This document shows, in pieces, positions 1 to 8,866 of a stretch of DNA of 45,664 nucleotides; the stretch's first letter is position 1; each line of letters starts with the position of its first letter. A program made the position numbers and the translations under genes. Under the pieces are notes generated by a model that made no database searches, was not told the origin of the DNA, and worked only from the letters and a program-made list of their open reading frames with translations. The stretch is from Thermodesulfobacteriota bacterium (lineage in GTDB: Bacteria > Desulfobacterota_D > UBA1144 > Nemesobacterales > N074bin48), in contig JBFFSH010000013.1 of the NCBI GenBank assembly GCA_041572575.1, positions 1-45,664 of the forward strand, read 5' to 3'.

Positions 1-1479
1 AGAATCCTTGCTAAGTCCATAAACTGTGAGAAGGGCCCTACCCCCGATCCTTGTTCAAAATGTACTAACTGTACCGAAATATCGGCAGGCAGATCAGTCG
101 ATGTTATTGAAATAGACGCAGCCTCTCATACTGGGGTTGGTGACGTTAGGGAAATAATTGAAAATATTAAGTATATGCCGGTTTCAGGAAAGACAAAGGT
201 TTATATTATAGATGAAGTCCACATGCTTTCAAACTCGGCGTTCAATGCACTGTTAAAAACCCTTGAGGAACCCCCCGAGCATGCACTTTTTATACTGGCT
301 ACCACTGAAGCCAGTAAAATCCCTCTTACCATTCTTTCCAGATGCCAGAAATACGACTTCAAAAAAGTCACGTCCAAAGAGATTAAAGAGAGCCTTACAC
401 ATATAACAACCAAAGAGAATATTGAGATAGATGAGCAATCGCTGCATATGATAGCATCAGAATCTGACGGAAGCCTCAGGGATGCTCTTAGTCTTCTTGA
501 TCAGTTAAATACAACTTTTGACGGCAGGATCGAATTTGAGCAGGCCTCTAAATTGTTTGGTATTTTTGACAGCTCCTACACCTTAAGTCTTTTTAAAAAT
601 ATCCTCGCAAAAGACCCTAAAGCCTGTCTTGAAATAATTATTGAACTTGGTCAAAAAGGCATAAACCCAAAGAAAACAGCTGAAGAGATTCTTAGGATAG
701 CAAGGCACAGTGTTCATATAAAAGCATGCGGCACACACATAAGTCTGGATCTTACCGAGGATGAGATATCATCCATAGATAAAGAGGTACAAAGTTTTGA
801 ACTTGCAGCGCTTGAAAATATTTTTAATCAAGCACTTAGGGCTTGCGAAGATATAAGCAAATCTGCTTATCCCCAGATTGCACTTGAAATGAATGTGGTT
901 AAACTTGCTACACTGGAACATGCAATTTCAGTAGATGAAATTCTGGACAGGCTGCAAGGCTCAGAAAGTAATACACCAGCAGGTCATGTTAGGAGCTCAC
1001 CTAAACCTAAAACCACAAGAGAGCCTTCAGACGCTGCAGCAGTAGCTCCTAAAAAAATAGTTACAGAAATTAAAGAACAAGCAGACTCAGAGTTATCGGT
1101 TAGCACATTTATTGAATATATTAAAGAACATGCAAGCATGACGGGCATATACCTTGAGAGAGCAGATAAAATAGAGATTGAAGATACGGTGATAAGACTT
1201 ACCTATAAATCGCAGTCTGTGTTTTCAGACAGTATTCAAAAAGCAGATAACATAGACAGCATTAAAAGTCTGCTGCACAAAAAATACTCTAAAGATTTCA
1301 GCATCAAAGTACTTGTAAATAAGTCAGGCAAAGAGCCTCAGACAGAAACAAAAAATGAGTACGAACAAAAAGACCAGGGAACAAATGTCATGAACAACAA
1401 ATCGCTCAAAGAAGCGCTGGACACTTTTGGGGGCAGGATAGTTAAGGTCAAAAACAACAAGAAAGGAGAAGATCAATGA
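1..1479 (+). CDS. dnaX: DNA polymerase III subunit gamma/tau, 5'-partial (runs off the window start)
   Basis: Frame 1 is open from nt 1 and reads RILAKSINCEKGPTPDPCSKCTNCTEISAGRSVDVIEIDAASHTGVGDVREIIENIKYMPVSGKTKVYIIDEVHMLS, the clamp-loader AAA+ box (Zn module, then Walker B DEVH). The track's M at 175 is internal. Conserved dnaX-ybaB-recR synteny follows. Confidence 0.92.
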   Translation, partial: RILAKSINCEKGPTPDPCSKCTNCTEISAGRSVDVIEIDAASHTGVGDVREIIENIKYMPVSGKTKVYIIDEVHMLSNSAFNALLKTLEEPPEHALFILATTEASKIPLTILSRCQKYDFKKVTSKEIKESLTHITTKENIEIDEQSLHMIASESDGSLRDALSLLDQLNTTFDGRIEFEQASKLFGIFDSSYTLSLFKNILAKDPKACLEIIIELGQKGINPKKTAEEILRIARHSVHIKACGTHISLDLTEDEISSIDKEVQSFELAALENIFNQALRACEDISKSAYPQIALEMNVVKLATLEHAISVDEILDRLQGSESNTPAGHVRSSPKPKTTREPSDAAAVAPKKIVTEIKEQADSELSVSTFIEYIKEHASMTGIYLERADKIEIEDTVIRLTYKSQSVFSDSIQKADNIDSIKSLLHKKYSKDFSIKVLVNKSGKEPQTETKNEYEQKDQGTNVMNNKSLKEALDTFGGRIVKVKNNKKGEDQ

Positions 1480-1796
1480 AACTTGGTAACATACAGGACA
1501 TGCTAAAACAGGCCGGCAACATAAAGCAGCAGATGGAGCAGATTCAAAATGAAGCCGGCGAGAAAGTAGTTGAAGCAACTTCAGGGGGTGGGATGGTAAC
1601 AGTGGTTGCTAAGGCAAAGGGTGAAATCATCTCTATAAAAATTGAGCCCACGCTTTTAGCAGATCCTGATATCGAAATGATACAGGACCTTATAACAGCA
1701 GCCTGCAATGAAGCTCTAAACAGAGCAAGGCAGGTAATGAAAGAAGAAGTGAGCAAGGTTGCAAGCAATTTCGGTCTGCCGCCGGGGTTAATTTAA
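1476..1796 (+). CDS. ybaB: nucleoid-associated protein YbaB/EbfC
   Basis: 106 aa starting MKLGNIQDMLKQAGNIKQQMEQIQ, typical of the YbaB family. ATGA overlap with dnaX. recR follows. Confidence 0.9.
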   Translation: MKLGNIQDMLKQAGNIKQQMEQIQNEAGEKVVEATSGGGMVTVVAKAKGEIISIKIEPTLLADPDIEMIQDLITAACNEALNRARQVMKEEVSKVASNFGLPPGLI

Positions 1797-1812
1797 TCCG
1801 TACTGCAATATC

Positions 1813-2412
1813 ATGAACGAGGGATTTCCCAAGCCTATATCAAACCTCATCGAGCTTCTCTCTCAGCTTCCTGGAATTGGTGAAAAAAACGCCACCAGAC
1901 TTGCCATTCAGATTCTAAAAAACTCTGTAGAGTATTCTTATAGTCTTTCAAACGCTATTACTGAGGTAAAGTCAAAGGTCAATCTGTGTGAGAACTGTTT
2001 TTGCTTAACGGCGGAGAGTTTATGTTTATTTTGCAGTAGTGAGGGCAGAGCAAATATAATCTGTGTAGTAGAAGACCCTATTGATCTGATAGCAATAGAA
2101 AAAAGCAATGAGTTTAGAGGAAGATACCATGTGCTTCATGGCACTATTTCCCCAATAGACGGTATAGGACCTGATGAGCTTAGAATAAAAGAGCTTTTAC
2201 AAAGAATAGAAAGCGAGAATATAGAAGAGATTATTATTGCCACAAACCCAAGCGTCGAAGGTGAAGCCACTTCACTTTATCTGTCTAAGCTAATAAAACC
2301 ACTTGGCACAATGATCACAAGAATCGCTCACGGTGTGCCCATGGGAGGGGATATAGAGTACATTGATGAGCTTACGCTTGGAAAAGCAATAAAAGACAGA
2401 AGACCAATATAA
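1813..2412 (+). CDS. recR: recombination protein RecR
   Basis: 199 aa with helix-hairpin-helix N-terminus (LPGIGEKNATRLA), C4 zinc finger (CENCFCLTAESLCLFC) and a Toprim domain. Confidence 0.92.
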   Translation: MNEGFPKPISNLIELLSQLPGIGEKNATRLAIQILKNSVEYSYSLSNAITEVKSKVNLCENCFCLTAESLCLFCSSEGRANIICVVEDPIDLIAIEKSNEFRGRYHVLHGTISPIDGIGPDELRIKELLQRIESENIEEIIIATNPSVEGEATSLYLSKLIKPLGTMITRIAHGVPMGGDIEYIDELTLGKAIKDRRPI

Positions 2413-2522
2413 ATATCCCCTTAGTAATATTATAAGCTAAACCCCTTGAAATAAGCCGCAAAAACCGTAGAATCTGATCTACCTGTCATTAAGCATAACT
2501 AACAAAATATGGAGGCCTTAAA

Positions 2523-3332
2523 TTGATTGATACAAAAAGTTTAGAAAACACATGGGCAGTAATCCTCGGCTCATCCAGCGGTTTTGGAGAAGCGCTCTGC
2601 CTGGAGCTTGCAGACTGCGGGATGAACATCTTTGGTATACACCTCGATAGAAAAGGCACGATGCCAAAGGTTGAAGAAATTATAAACAAAATTAAAAGTA
2701 AGGGAAGAAAAGTAAAGTTTTTTAATATTAACGTATCCGATGCTGAGAAGAGAGCTCAGACAATCGAAGAGATATCAAATACACTAAAAGAAGAAAACAA
2801 CCCTGGTAGTGTAAGGGTGCTTGTTCATTCTGTAGCATTTGGAACCTTAAGACCATATATAGACGAAGAAAAAAAGAAGATGGTCACCGATACCAATATG
2901 AACATGACTCTTGACGTAATGGCTCACAGCCTTGTTTACTGGGCTCAGGACCTTATATCAAATGGTCTTATGGGAGAAGGCGGCAGCATTTTCGCACTCA
3001 CAAGCGCGGGTGGTCACAGGATTTGGCCTACATACGGGCCTGTTTCAGCAGCAAAGGCAGCAATTGAATCTCATATCAGACAGCTTGCAGTGGAGCTTGC
3101 TCCAAAGAGAATAACTGCAAATTCTATAATGGCTGGGGTTACGGAAACACCCGCTCTTAAGAAAATCCCTGGAAATGAAGAGATTGTTGAAAAAGCAAGC
3201 AAATACAATCCAAGCAAAAGACTTACTACCACACAAGACGTTGCCGAAGCAATTGCAATTTTATCTCTTCCTCAGGCAAGATGGATAACCGGAAACCTTA
3301 TTGGCGTAGACGGCGGAGAGGATATAGTCTAA
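2523..3332 (+). CDS. SDR-family oxidoreductase with enoyl-ACP-reductase-type Y-x6-K motif (FabL/FabI-like); TTG start
   Basis: Gly-rich NAD(P) loop GSSSGFGEA. Catalytic YGPVSAAK has Tyr-x6-Lys spacing, typical of enoyl-ACP reductases rather than the classical SDR Y-x3-K. TTG start at 2523 sits 7 nt after GGAGG (2511..2515). Confidence 0.6.
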   Translation: MIDTKSLENTWAVILGSSSGFGEALCLELADCGMNIFGIHLDRKGTMPKVEEIINKIKSKGRKVKFFNINVSDAEKRAQTIEEISNTLKEENNPGSVRVLVHSVAFGTLRPYIDEEKKKMVTDTNMNMTLDVMAHSLVYWAQDLISNGLMGEGGSIFALTSAGGHRIWPTYGPVSAAKAAIESHIRQLAVELAPKRITANSIMAGVTETPALKKIPGNEEIVEKASKYNPSKRLTTTQDVAEAIAILSLPQARWITGNLIGVDGGEDIV

Positions 3333-3345
3333 ATACAAGAATAAG

Positions 3346-4782
3346 ATGCTAAAAAAAGTTAAAACCTATAACACCCTTTCCGGCAAGAAAGAAACCCTTG
3401 TACCAAAAGATGAAAACATTATACGGATGTATGTGTGCGGCCCAACGGTGTATGATTCCGCACACCTTGGCCACGCCCGCGCAGCACTGACTTTTGATAT
3501 CATCAGAAGGTTTCTAAAACACCTACAATATGACGTTAACTACGTAAGAAACGTAACCGACATTGATGACAAAATAATTGAAAGGGCAAATAGTCTTGGT
3601 ATAGCAGCAACTGAAGTATCAGAGAGATATACAAAGGAATATCAAGAGGATATGGCCGCTCTGGGAATTCTTCCACCTGACCACGAACCAAAGGTATCCG
3701 ACCATATCCATGACATTATCAATCTAATAGAGACACTGATTAATAAAGACGTAGCTTATGTTAGTGGAAATGATGTCTTCTTTTCAATAGATAAGTTTAT
3801 AGGCTATGGAAAACTATCGAGGCGCACGCCTGATGACATGATTGCTGGCAGCAGGATTGATGTAAACGAAAACAAGGAAAACCCACTTGATTTTGCTCTT
3901 TGGAAGGGTGCAAAGGAAGGCGAGCCTTTTTGGGAAAGCCCGTGGGGAAACGGCAGACCCGGCTGGCACATTGAATGCTCTACCATGAGCATGAAATACC
4001 TGGGACAGGACTTTGAGATTCATGGAGGAGGCAAGGACCTTATATTTCCTCATCATGAAAATGAGATAGCACAGTCAGAAGCCGCTACAGATGAGCAGTT
4101 TGCAAAGTACTGGATTCATAACGGACTCATTCAGATTGATAAGGAAAAGATGTCCAAATCCATCGGCAATATCATAAACGTAAGAGAAGCGCTTAAGAGA
4201 TGGAGCAAAGAGGCCATAAGACTTTTCTTTTTATCACATCATTACAGAAACCCTGCCGATTTTTCGCAGCAAAACCTAGACGACGCCGAGGCGTCACTTC
4301 AAAGATTGTATCTAACACTACAGAGAATTAAGAACATTAAAACCATTAAGGTTAATGAGGATGAAGAGTTAAAAAAACATGTAGAAAAGTTTAGAGAGTC
4401 ATGGGAAAGTGCAATGCAGGACGATTTTAATACTGCTGGTGCACTTGGAAACCTGTTTGATTTTTGCAGGGTGATAAATAAATCTATAGATTCAGAAGGT
4501 GGATCACCAACACTCGATGATGCTGTTTCAGAGATAAGGTTATTGGGAACTACCTTTGGAATACTCGAGCAGGACCCCGATGAATATCTGCAAAAGGAAA
4601 AACTCTCTAAATCGGAGTCTGATATTTCTGAAGAAGAGATAAACGATCTGATAGAGCAAAGAAACAGCGCAAGGGCTGAAAAGAACTGGCAGAGGAGTGA
4701 TGAAATCAGAGACTACTTAAACTCAAAGGGTATCGTGATTGAAGACTCTTCTGAAGGAACAATCTGGAGAGTTAAGAGTTAA
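3346..4782 (+). CDS. cysS: cysteine--tRNA ligase
   Basis: 478 aa with class I HIGH motif (HLGHARAAL), KMSKS motif (KMSKSIGN) and zinc ligands. Confidence 0.95.
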   Translation: MLKKVKTYNTLSGKKETLVPKDENIIRMYVCGPTVYDSAHLGHARAALTFDIIRRFLKHLQYDVNYVRNVTDIDDKIIERANSLGIAATEVSERYTKEYQEDMAALGILPPDHEPKVSDHIHDIINLIETLINKDVAYVSGNDVFFSIDKFIGYGKLSRRTPDDMIAGSRIDVNENKENPLDFALWKGAKEGEPFWESPWGNGRPGWHIECSTMSMKYLGQDFEIHGGGKDLIFPHHENEIAQSEAATDEQFAKYWIHNGLIQIDKEKMSKSIGNIINVREALKRWSKEAIRLFFLSHHYRNPADFSQQNLDDAEASLQRLYLTLQRIKNIKTIKVNEDEELKKHVEKFRESWESAMQDDFNTAGALGNLFDFCRVINKSIDSEGGSPTLDDAVSEIRLLGTTFGILEQDPDEYLQKEKLSKSESDISEEEINDLIEQRNSARAEKNWQRSDEIRDYLNSKGIVIEDSSEGTIWRVKS

Positions 4783-5747
4783 ACCCAGACCCCAAGGTAT
4801 TCGAGGGCTCGTTGTACGTTTGCAGGGCTTTGAGTCTCACCCCTACAGCTAAACCAGCATGCATCGCAATTGGTTTTTTGATAGAGATCAGGACTGTACT
4901 CAGAATAATGAGCAGATACTGGCATCTCTGAACACCTCTTTAAATGACCGCTCGGTGTAACCTGTATATGACTAAGACCAGCTGTGCAGTCAGGCACCCC
5001 TCCCCTTTTAAAATAACCCGGTATCTCTCTTAGATAGTACTCTGTAGTAAGAATAGTGCCTTTAAGCTCTTTTCTAAGTCTTATAAGCTCATCAACCACT
5101 TCTGTAACCTTTTGCAGATTGGTATCAATATAGTGAGACTCGTTATTAGTCTTCATTACAGAGTAAGAGCTGAAGGATACTCCAATATTCCACTGTTTTG
5201 CCTGATGTACGAGATCAACTATCTGATCCAGATTATCATCCATAATTATGGTGTTAATAATGACACTCTTCTTGCCTTTAAATTCTTTACCAAGTTTTGG
5301 AAGAAGATCTTCAAGGTATTCCCAAAGGCCATCTATGCCTCTGTACTTGTCGTGAGTCTTTCCAATAAAATCAAGTGATACGGCGATCTGATCAAGCCCG
5401 GCATTAAAAAGGTCATGCGCTTTTTCCACCGTAAGCAGGTCACCCTTTGTAACCATAGAGGTAAATACATAAAAGGTAGAACCTTTTACCTGTTTTACTA
5501 TATCCACAAGATCCTTTCGCAGCATAGGTTCACCACCCGTAATAACTACTGCAAGTGGATTTATTTTCTCTATCACAGGGCCGTAATCTGTAAGCCTTTC
5601 CTCGTGCTTTGTCTGCCAGTAATCACAAAAGTCACACCCTGCATTACAGAGCTTGGTAATTTCAAGGTTTACTAGCTTTGGCCTTCTCGCAGCCTTCATG
5701 TACAAAAACTTTGCTACACCAGGCACACAATCTTTCATTGGTATCAT
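4779..5747 (-). CDS. radical SAM enzyme with C-terminal SPASM/twitch-like Cys cluster, substrate unknown
   Basis: CNAGCDFC (CxxxCxxC) near the N-terminus. C-terminal cysteines C..(16)..C then NCDACWFSC. 4-nt convergent overlap with cysS. Confidence 0.75.
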   Translation of the reverse strand: MIPMKDCVPGVAKFLYMKAARRPKLVNLEITKLCNAGCDFCDYWQTKHEERLTDYGPVIEKINPLAVVITGGEPMLRKDLVDIVKQVKGSTFYVFTSMVTKGDLLTVEKAHDLFNAGLDQIAVSLDFIGKTHDKYRGIDGLWEYLEDLLPKLGKEFKGKKSVIINTIIMDDNLDQIVDLVHQAKQWNIGVSFSSYSVMKTNNESHYIDTNLQKVTEVVDELIRLRKELKGTILTTEYYLREIPGYFKRGGVPDCTAGLSHIQVTPSGHLKRCSEMPVSAHYSEYSPDLYQKTNCDACWFSCRGETQSPANVQRALEYLGVWV

Positions 5748-5835
5748 GGGCGAAATATAAACATAATTTACCTAAATACTCAAGTAAAAAATGAATCTCC
5801 TTTAATATAATTACTCTAAGCCATATATATTGTTC

Positions 5836-5864
5836 TTGACTAAAGTATATAAATTTAGTTTAAT
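5836..5864 (+). promoter_or_regulatory. candidate sigma-70 promoter for the Cys-rich small protein (TTGACT-17-TTTAAT)
   Basis: TTGACT at 5836..5841, 17-nt spacer, TTTAAT at 5859..5864, about 75 nt upstream of the 5938 start in an AT-rich divergent intergenic region. Confidence 0.3.
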
Positions 5865-5937
5865 GGGTTATTAAAATAACTGTATTTAGTTTAACAGAAA
5901 ATTTTAGAACTTTAGCAATTTTTTCAAGGAGTGAAGA

Positions 5938-6219
5938 ATGTCGAAAAGAACTGTCAAAATAGATCTATTTCACTGTGATTATAAAGATAAGGATGGACAG
6001 AGATGCGATATGGAAGGAGAAAGATCGCAGATTAAAGAATGTGCACTTTGCGGAACGGACCTTTGCAGCAGACACTATCAGATACTATCAGTTTCCAATA
6101 ATAACATGAGATATCTAACCTACTTTTTCTGTGAGGCTCACTCTGAAGAATTTATTAATACTCTTATTTCCACCTTTGGTGATACTTCACCAGTAGAAGG
6201 CGGAGGCATGGCAAAATAG
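5938..6219 (+). CDS. small Cys/His-rich protein (putative zinc-binding), 93 aa
   Basis: AAGGAG RBS 8 nt upstream. Cys at 13, 23, 35, 38, 43, 65 with His at 12, 46, 68 (HC..C..CALCGTDLCSRH..CEAH). No recognised family. Confidence 0.6.
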   Translation: MSKRTVKIDLFHCDYKDKDGQRCDMEGERSQIKECALCGTDLCSRHYQILSVSNNNMRYLTYFFCEAHSEEFINTLISTFGDTSPVEGGGMAK

Positions 6220-6284
6220 CATTGATATTTTTATAATTACGCGAAATACCATTTTAATATAAGTCGGCTAATCTATTCATTACT

Positions 6285-7181
6285 TTGCGAATAATACTAC
6301 CTTATCTATTAATATTATTTTTTATTACTTCGTGCATATCCAATGCTGATTCTAATGGAAAATATCTATTTCTCATCACCATAGACGGACTAAGACCGGA
6401 TGCTGTTACTGAGCAAACCACACCAAATTTAGCCGCATTTCTAAAAAATAGCTCATATTCTCTAAACGCCCAAACTGTATATCCAAGCAACACAATGCCA
6501 TCGCATACTTCACTTTTTACAGGTCTGGACGCCAAGAACCACAAAAAGACCTTAAATGACCACAGGGAGATAAAAAAGCTTCTCAAGCAGGGAAAATATC
6601 TGCAGTTTGATACAGTCTTTACCATAGGTGAAAAAAATGGTTTCAGTACTACATTTATATGTGGCAAGGATAAACTTAAATTTCTAATCAGACCAAGCTT
6701 CCAAAACACTGTTTTATGTCACGATATTTATGATAAAAAAGATAATATTATCTCAATTATTACTACAACTTTTAGTTCAACATTAAAGTCTAAAAAGAAT
6801 AATATAAATTTTATTCACTACCCTGAGCCCGATCTGAGCGGCCATAGACATGGATGGATGACTGAGAAATATTTAGAGTCCTTAAGAATTGTTGATAAGG
6901 AAATTGAAAAGCTTCTTGGTTTGATAAGGACTGAATGGGCAGAAAAAGAATATTTATTGATTATCACAGCGGATCATGGAGGCACAGAAAAAACCCATGG
7001 AACAAGACTCAAAGAGCATATGACCATTCCATGGATTGCCTATGGAAGTTCTGTTAAAAAAGGTTATAAGATACAAAAAGAAGTTAAAATTTATGACACA
7101 GTCCCCACGATCTTAAACTTCCTGGATATTAATATACCTCCTAATCTGGACGGCAAAGCAGTCACAGAAATATTCAATTAA
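6285..7181 (+). CDS. alkaline-phosphatase-superfamily NPP-type phosphodiesterase/nucleotide pyrophosphatase, predicted lipoprotein
   Basis: Signal peptide plus lipobox (LLILFFITSC). NPP motifs ITIDGLRPDAV and TMPSHTSLFTG (Thr nucleophile T-x-P-x-H). No sulfatase C/S-x-P-x-R motif. TTG start as called by the track. Confidence 0.7.
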   Translation: MRIILPYLLILFFITSCISNADSNGKYLFLITIDGLRPDAVTEQTTPNLAAFLKNSSYSLNAQTVYPSNTMPSHTSLFTGLDAKNHKKTLNDHREIKKLLKQGKYLQFDTVFTIGEKNGFSTTFICGKDKLKFLIRPSFQNTVLCHDIYDKKDNIISIITTTFSSTLKSKKNNINFIHYPEPDLSGHRHGWMTEKYLESLRIVDKEIEKLLGLIRTEWAEKEYLLIITADHGGTEKTHGTRLKEHMTIPWIAYGSSVKKGYKIQKEVKIYDTVPTILNFLDINIPPNLDGKAVTEIFN

Positions 7182-7210
7182 TACAATAGGTTACACGCCA
7201 TATCTAACTG

Positions 7211-7234
7211 CAATCATAAATCTATGATTGCATT
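7211..7234. repeat. perfect 9-bp inverted repeat TGCAATCAT-N6-ATGATTGCA downstream of the NPP gene
   Basis: Read directly from the sequence. AT-rich stem with no clean T-run, so either a weak terminator or an operator. Confidence 0.4.
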
Positions 7235-7309
7235 ATCAACAACTTTTATATATTCTGTAAGGTATTAGTAGTAACATAATGAAATCATTGCATATTTTGT
7301 TAAATAAAT

Positions 7310-8866
7310 ATGAAAATAGCATCCAGAGAACAGGTTAGAGAAATTGACCGGTCGGCAATAGAAGATCTTCAGATTGCTGGGCTCATACTTATGGAAAACG
7401 CCGGCAGGAGTGTAGCCGAACTTATTGAAAAAGAATATTCACAGGCTAAAAACATCGCCATATTTTGTGGTATAGGAAACAACGGAGGCGATGGATTTGT
7501 AGTCGCCCGACATTTAATTTCAAAGGGTTTTAACACTCAAACCTATATTTGTGGAGACGAAAAGAAGTATAAGGGTGATGCTCTTTCAAACTTTAAATCT
7601 CTAAAAAATATTAATGCCGAGATTATCAATCTTGAAGAAAAACTTCCTCTGTATCTTGAATGTGACCTCATTGTGGACTGCATCTTCGGTACGGGCCTTG
7701 ATAGAGAAGTAAAGGGATTTTACGAAAAAATAATAGAATATTTAAATAGAAGAGACACACCAATACTATCAGTTGATATACCCTCAGGGCTAGATGCCAA
7801 CTCAGGACTACCCCATGGATGTTGTATTAAAGCAGATAAAACCCTAACTTTTGCCCTGCCAAAAACAGGCACTGTTATCCATCCAGGAGTGGATTACTGC
7901 GGAGATTTATACCTATCGGGTATAACGACTCCAAAAGAATTAGAAGATAACATTAACATAGAGCTTATTACAGCCAGCAATATTAAGCCGCTTTTAAGTA
8001 AAAGGAACAGGGATACCCATAAGGGAACTTATGGCCACCTTTTTATTATTGCAGGCTCTCCCGGGAAATCCGGCGCTTCAGTGCTATCAGCACTAGGGGC
8101 TCAGAGGATTGGTGCAGGACTTACTACAGTTGGAATACCTAAAAGCTTAAACCCTGTTATAGAAGAAAAGCTCACCGAAGCCATGACAGAACCCCTTGCT
8201 GAAACTAAAAACAGCACACTTGGAAGTGGAAGTCTAAAGCAGGCAGTAAATATTTTATCAGATAACAAATCAGCCCTTGCAATAGGACCCGGAATTTCTA
8301 CATCAAAGCAAACTGAATCTTTCCTTATTAAGCTTCTTAAAAATTCTACAGTACCTGTAGTCATTGATGCAGACGCTATAACACTTATTTCTAATAATTT
8401 ACGTACACTAAAAAGCCTCATTGTGCCGGTGATTTTAACCCCACATCCCGGAGAAATGGCAAGGCTTATTGGAAAGAAGAATAAAGACGTACAAAACGAC
8501 AGGATTAATGTATCAAGAGAGTTTTCCAGGAAATTTGGGGTTTATATTGTCCTAAAAGGAGCAAGAACTGTCATATCCACTCCTGATGGGAAGATATTCA
8601 TTAACCCTACCGGAAACCCGGGTATGGCTGCAGGAGGAATGGGAGATGTACTAACGGGAATTATCGGGGGATTACTGGCACAGGGTTACAATGCGGAAAA
8701 TTCATGTAAAATAGGAGTCTTTGTTCACGGCCTTGCAGGTGACATTGCAAGCGAAGAGATTTCGGAATCAGGGTTTTTGGCATCAGAAATTGCCGACAGG
8801 GTACCCAGGGCTTTAAACAACATTAAAAGAAATAAAGTAAGAGATTATATTTACCGTGTATATTGA
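7310..8866 (+). CDS. nnr: bifunctional NAD(P)H-hydrate repair enzyme Nnr (YjeF_N epimerase + YjeF_C dehydratase)
   Basis: 518 aa. N-terminal YjeF_N (GIGNNGGDGFVVARHL) and C-terminal carbohydrate-kinase-like domain (GPGISTSK ... GDVLTGIIGGLLAQG). Confidence 0.9.
   Translation: MKIASREQVREIDRSAIEDLQIAGLILMENAGRSVAELIEKEYSQAKNIAIFCGIGNNGGDGFVVARHLISKGFNTQTYICGDEKKYKGDALSNFKSLKNINAEIINLEEKLPLYLECDLIVDCIFGTGLDREVKGFYEKIIEYLNRRDTPILSVDIPSGLDANSGLPHGCCIKADKTLTFALPKTGTVIHPGVDYCGDLYLSGITTPKELEDNINIELITASNIKPLLSKRNRDTHKGTYGHLFIIAGSPGKSGASVLSALGAQRIGAGLTTVGIPKSLNPVIEEKLTEAMTEPLAETKNSTLGSGSLKQAVNILSDNKSALAIGPGISTSKQTESFLIKLLKNSTVPVVIDADAITLISNNLRTLKSLIVPVILTPHPGEMARLIGKKNKDVQNDRINVSREFSRKFGVYIVLKGARTVISTPDGKIFINPTGNPGMAAGGMGDVLTGIIGGLLAQGYNAENSCKIGVFVHGLAGDIASEEISESGFLASEIADRVPRALNNIKRNKVRDYIYRVY

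Noticed and set aside
6285-7181. Idea that the radical SAM enzyme is an anaerobic sulfatase-maturating enzyme for the adjacent AlkP-superfamily protein
   Set aside because: The hydrolase has NPP-type motifs (Thr nucleophile TMPSHT, IDGLRPD) and no C/S-x-P-x-R formylglycine motif. The radical SAM is shorter than anSME. Kept only as a context note in the finding.
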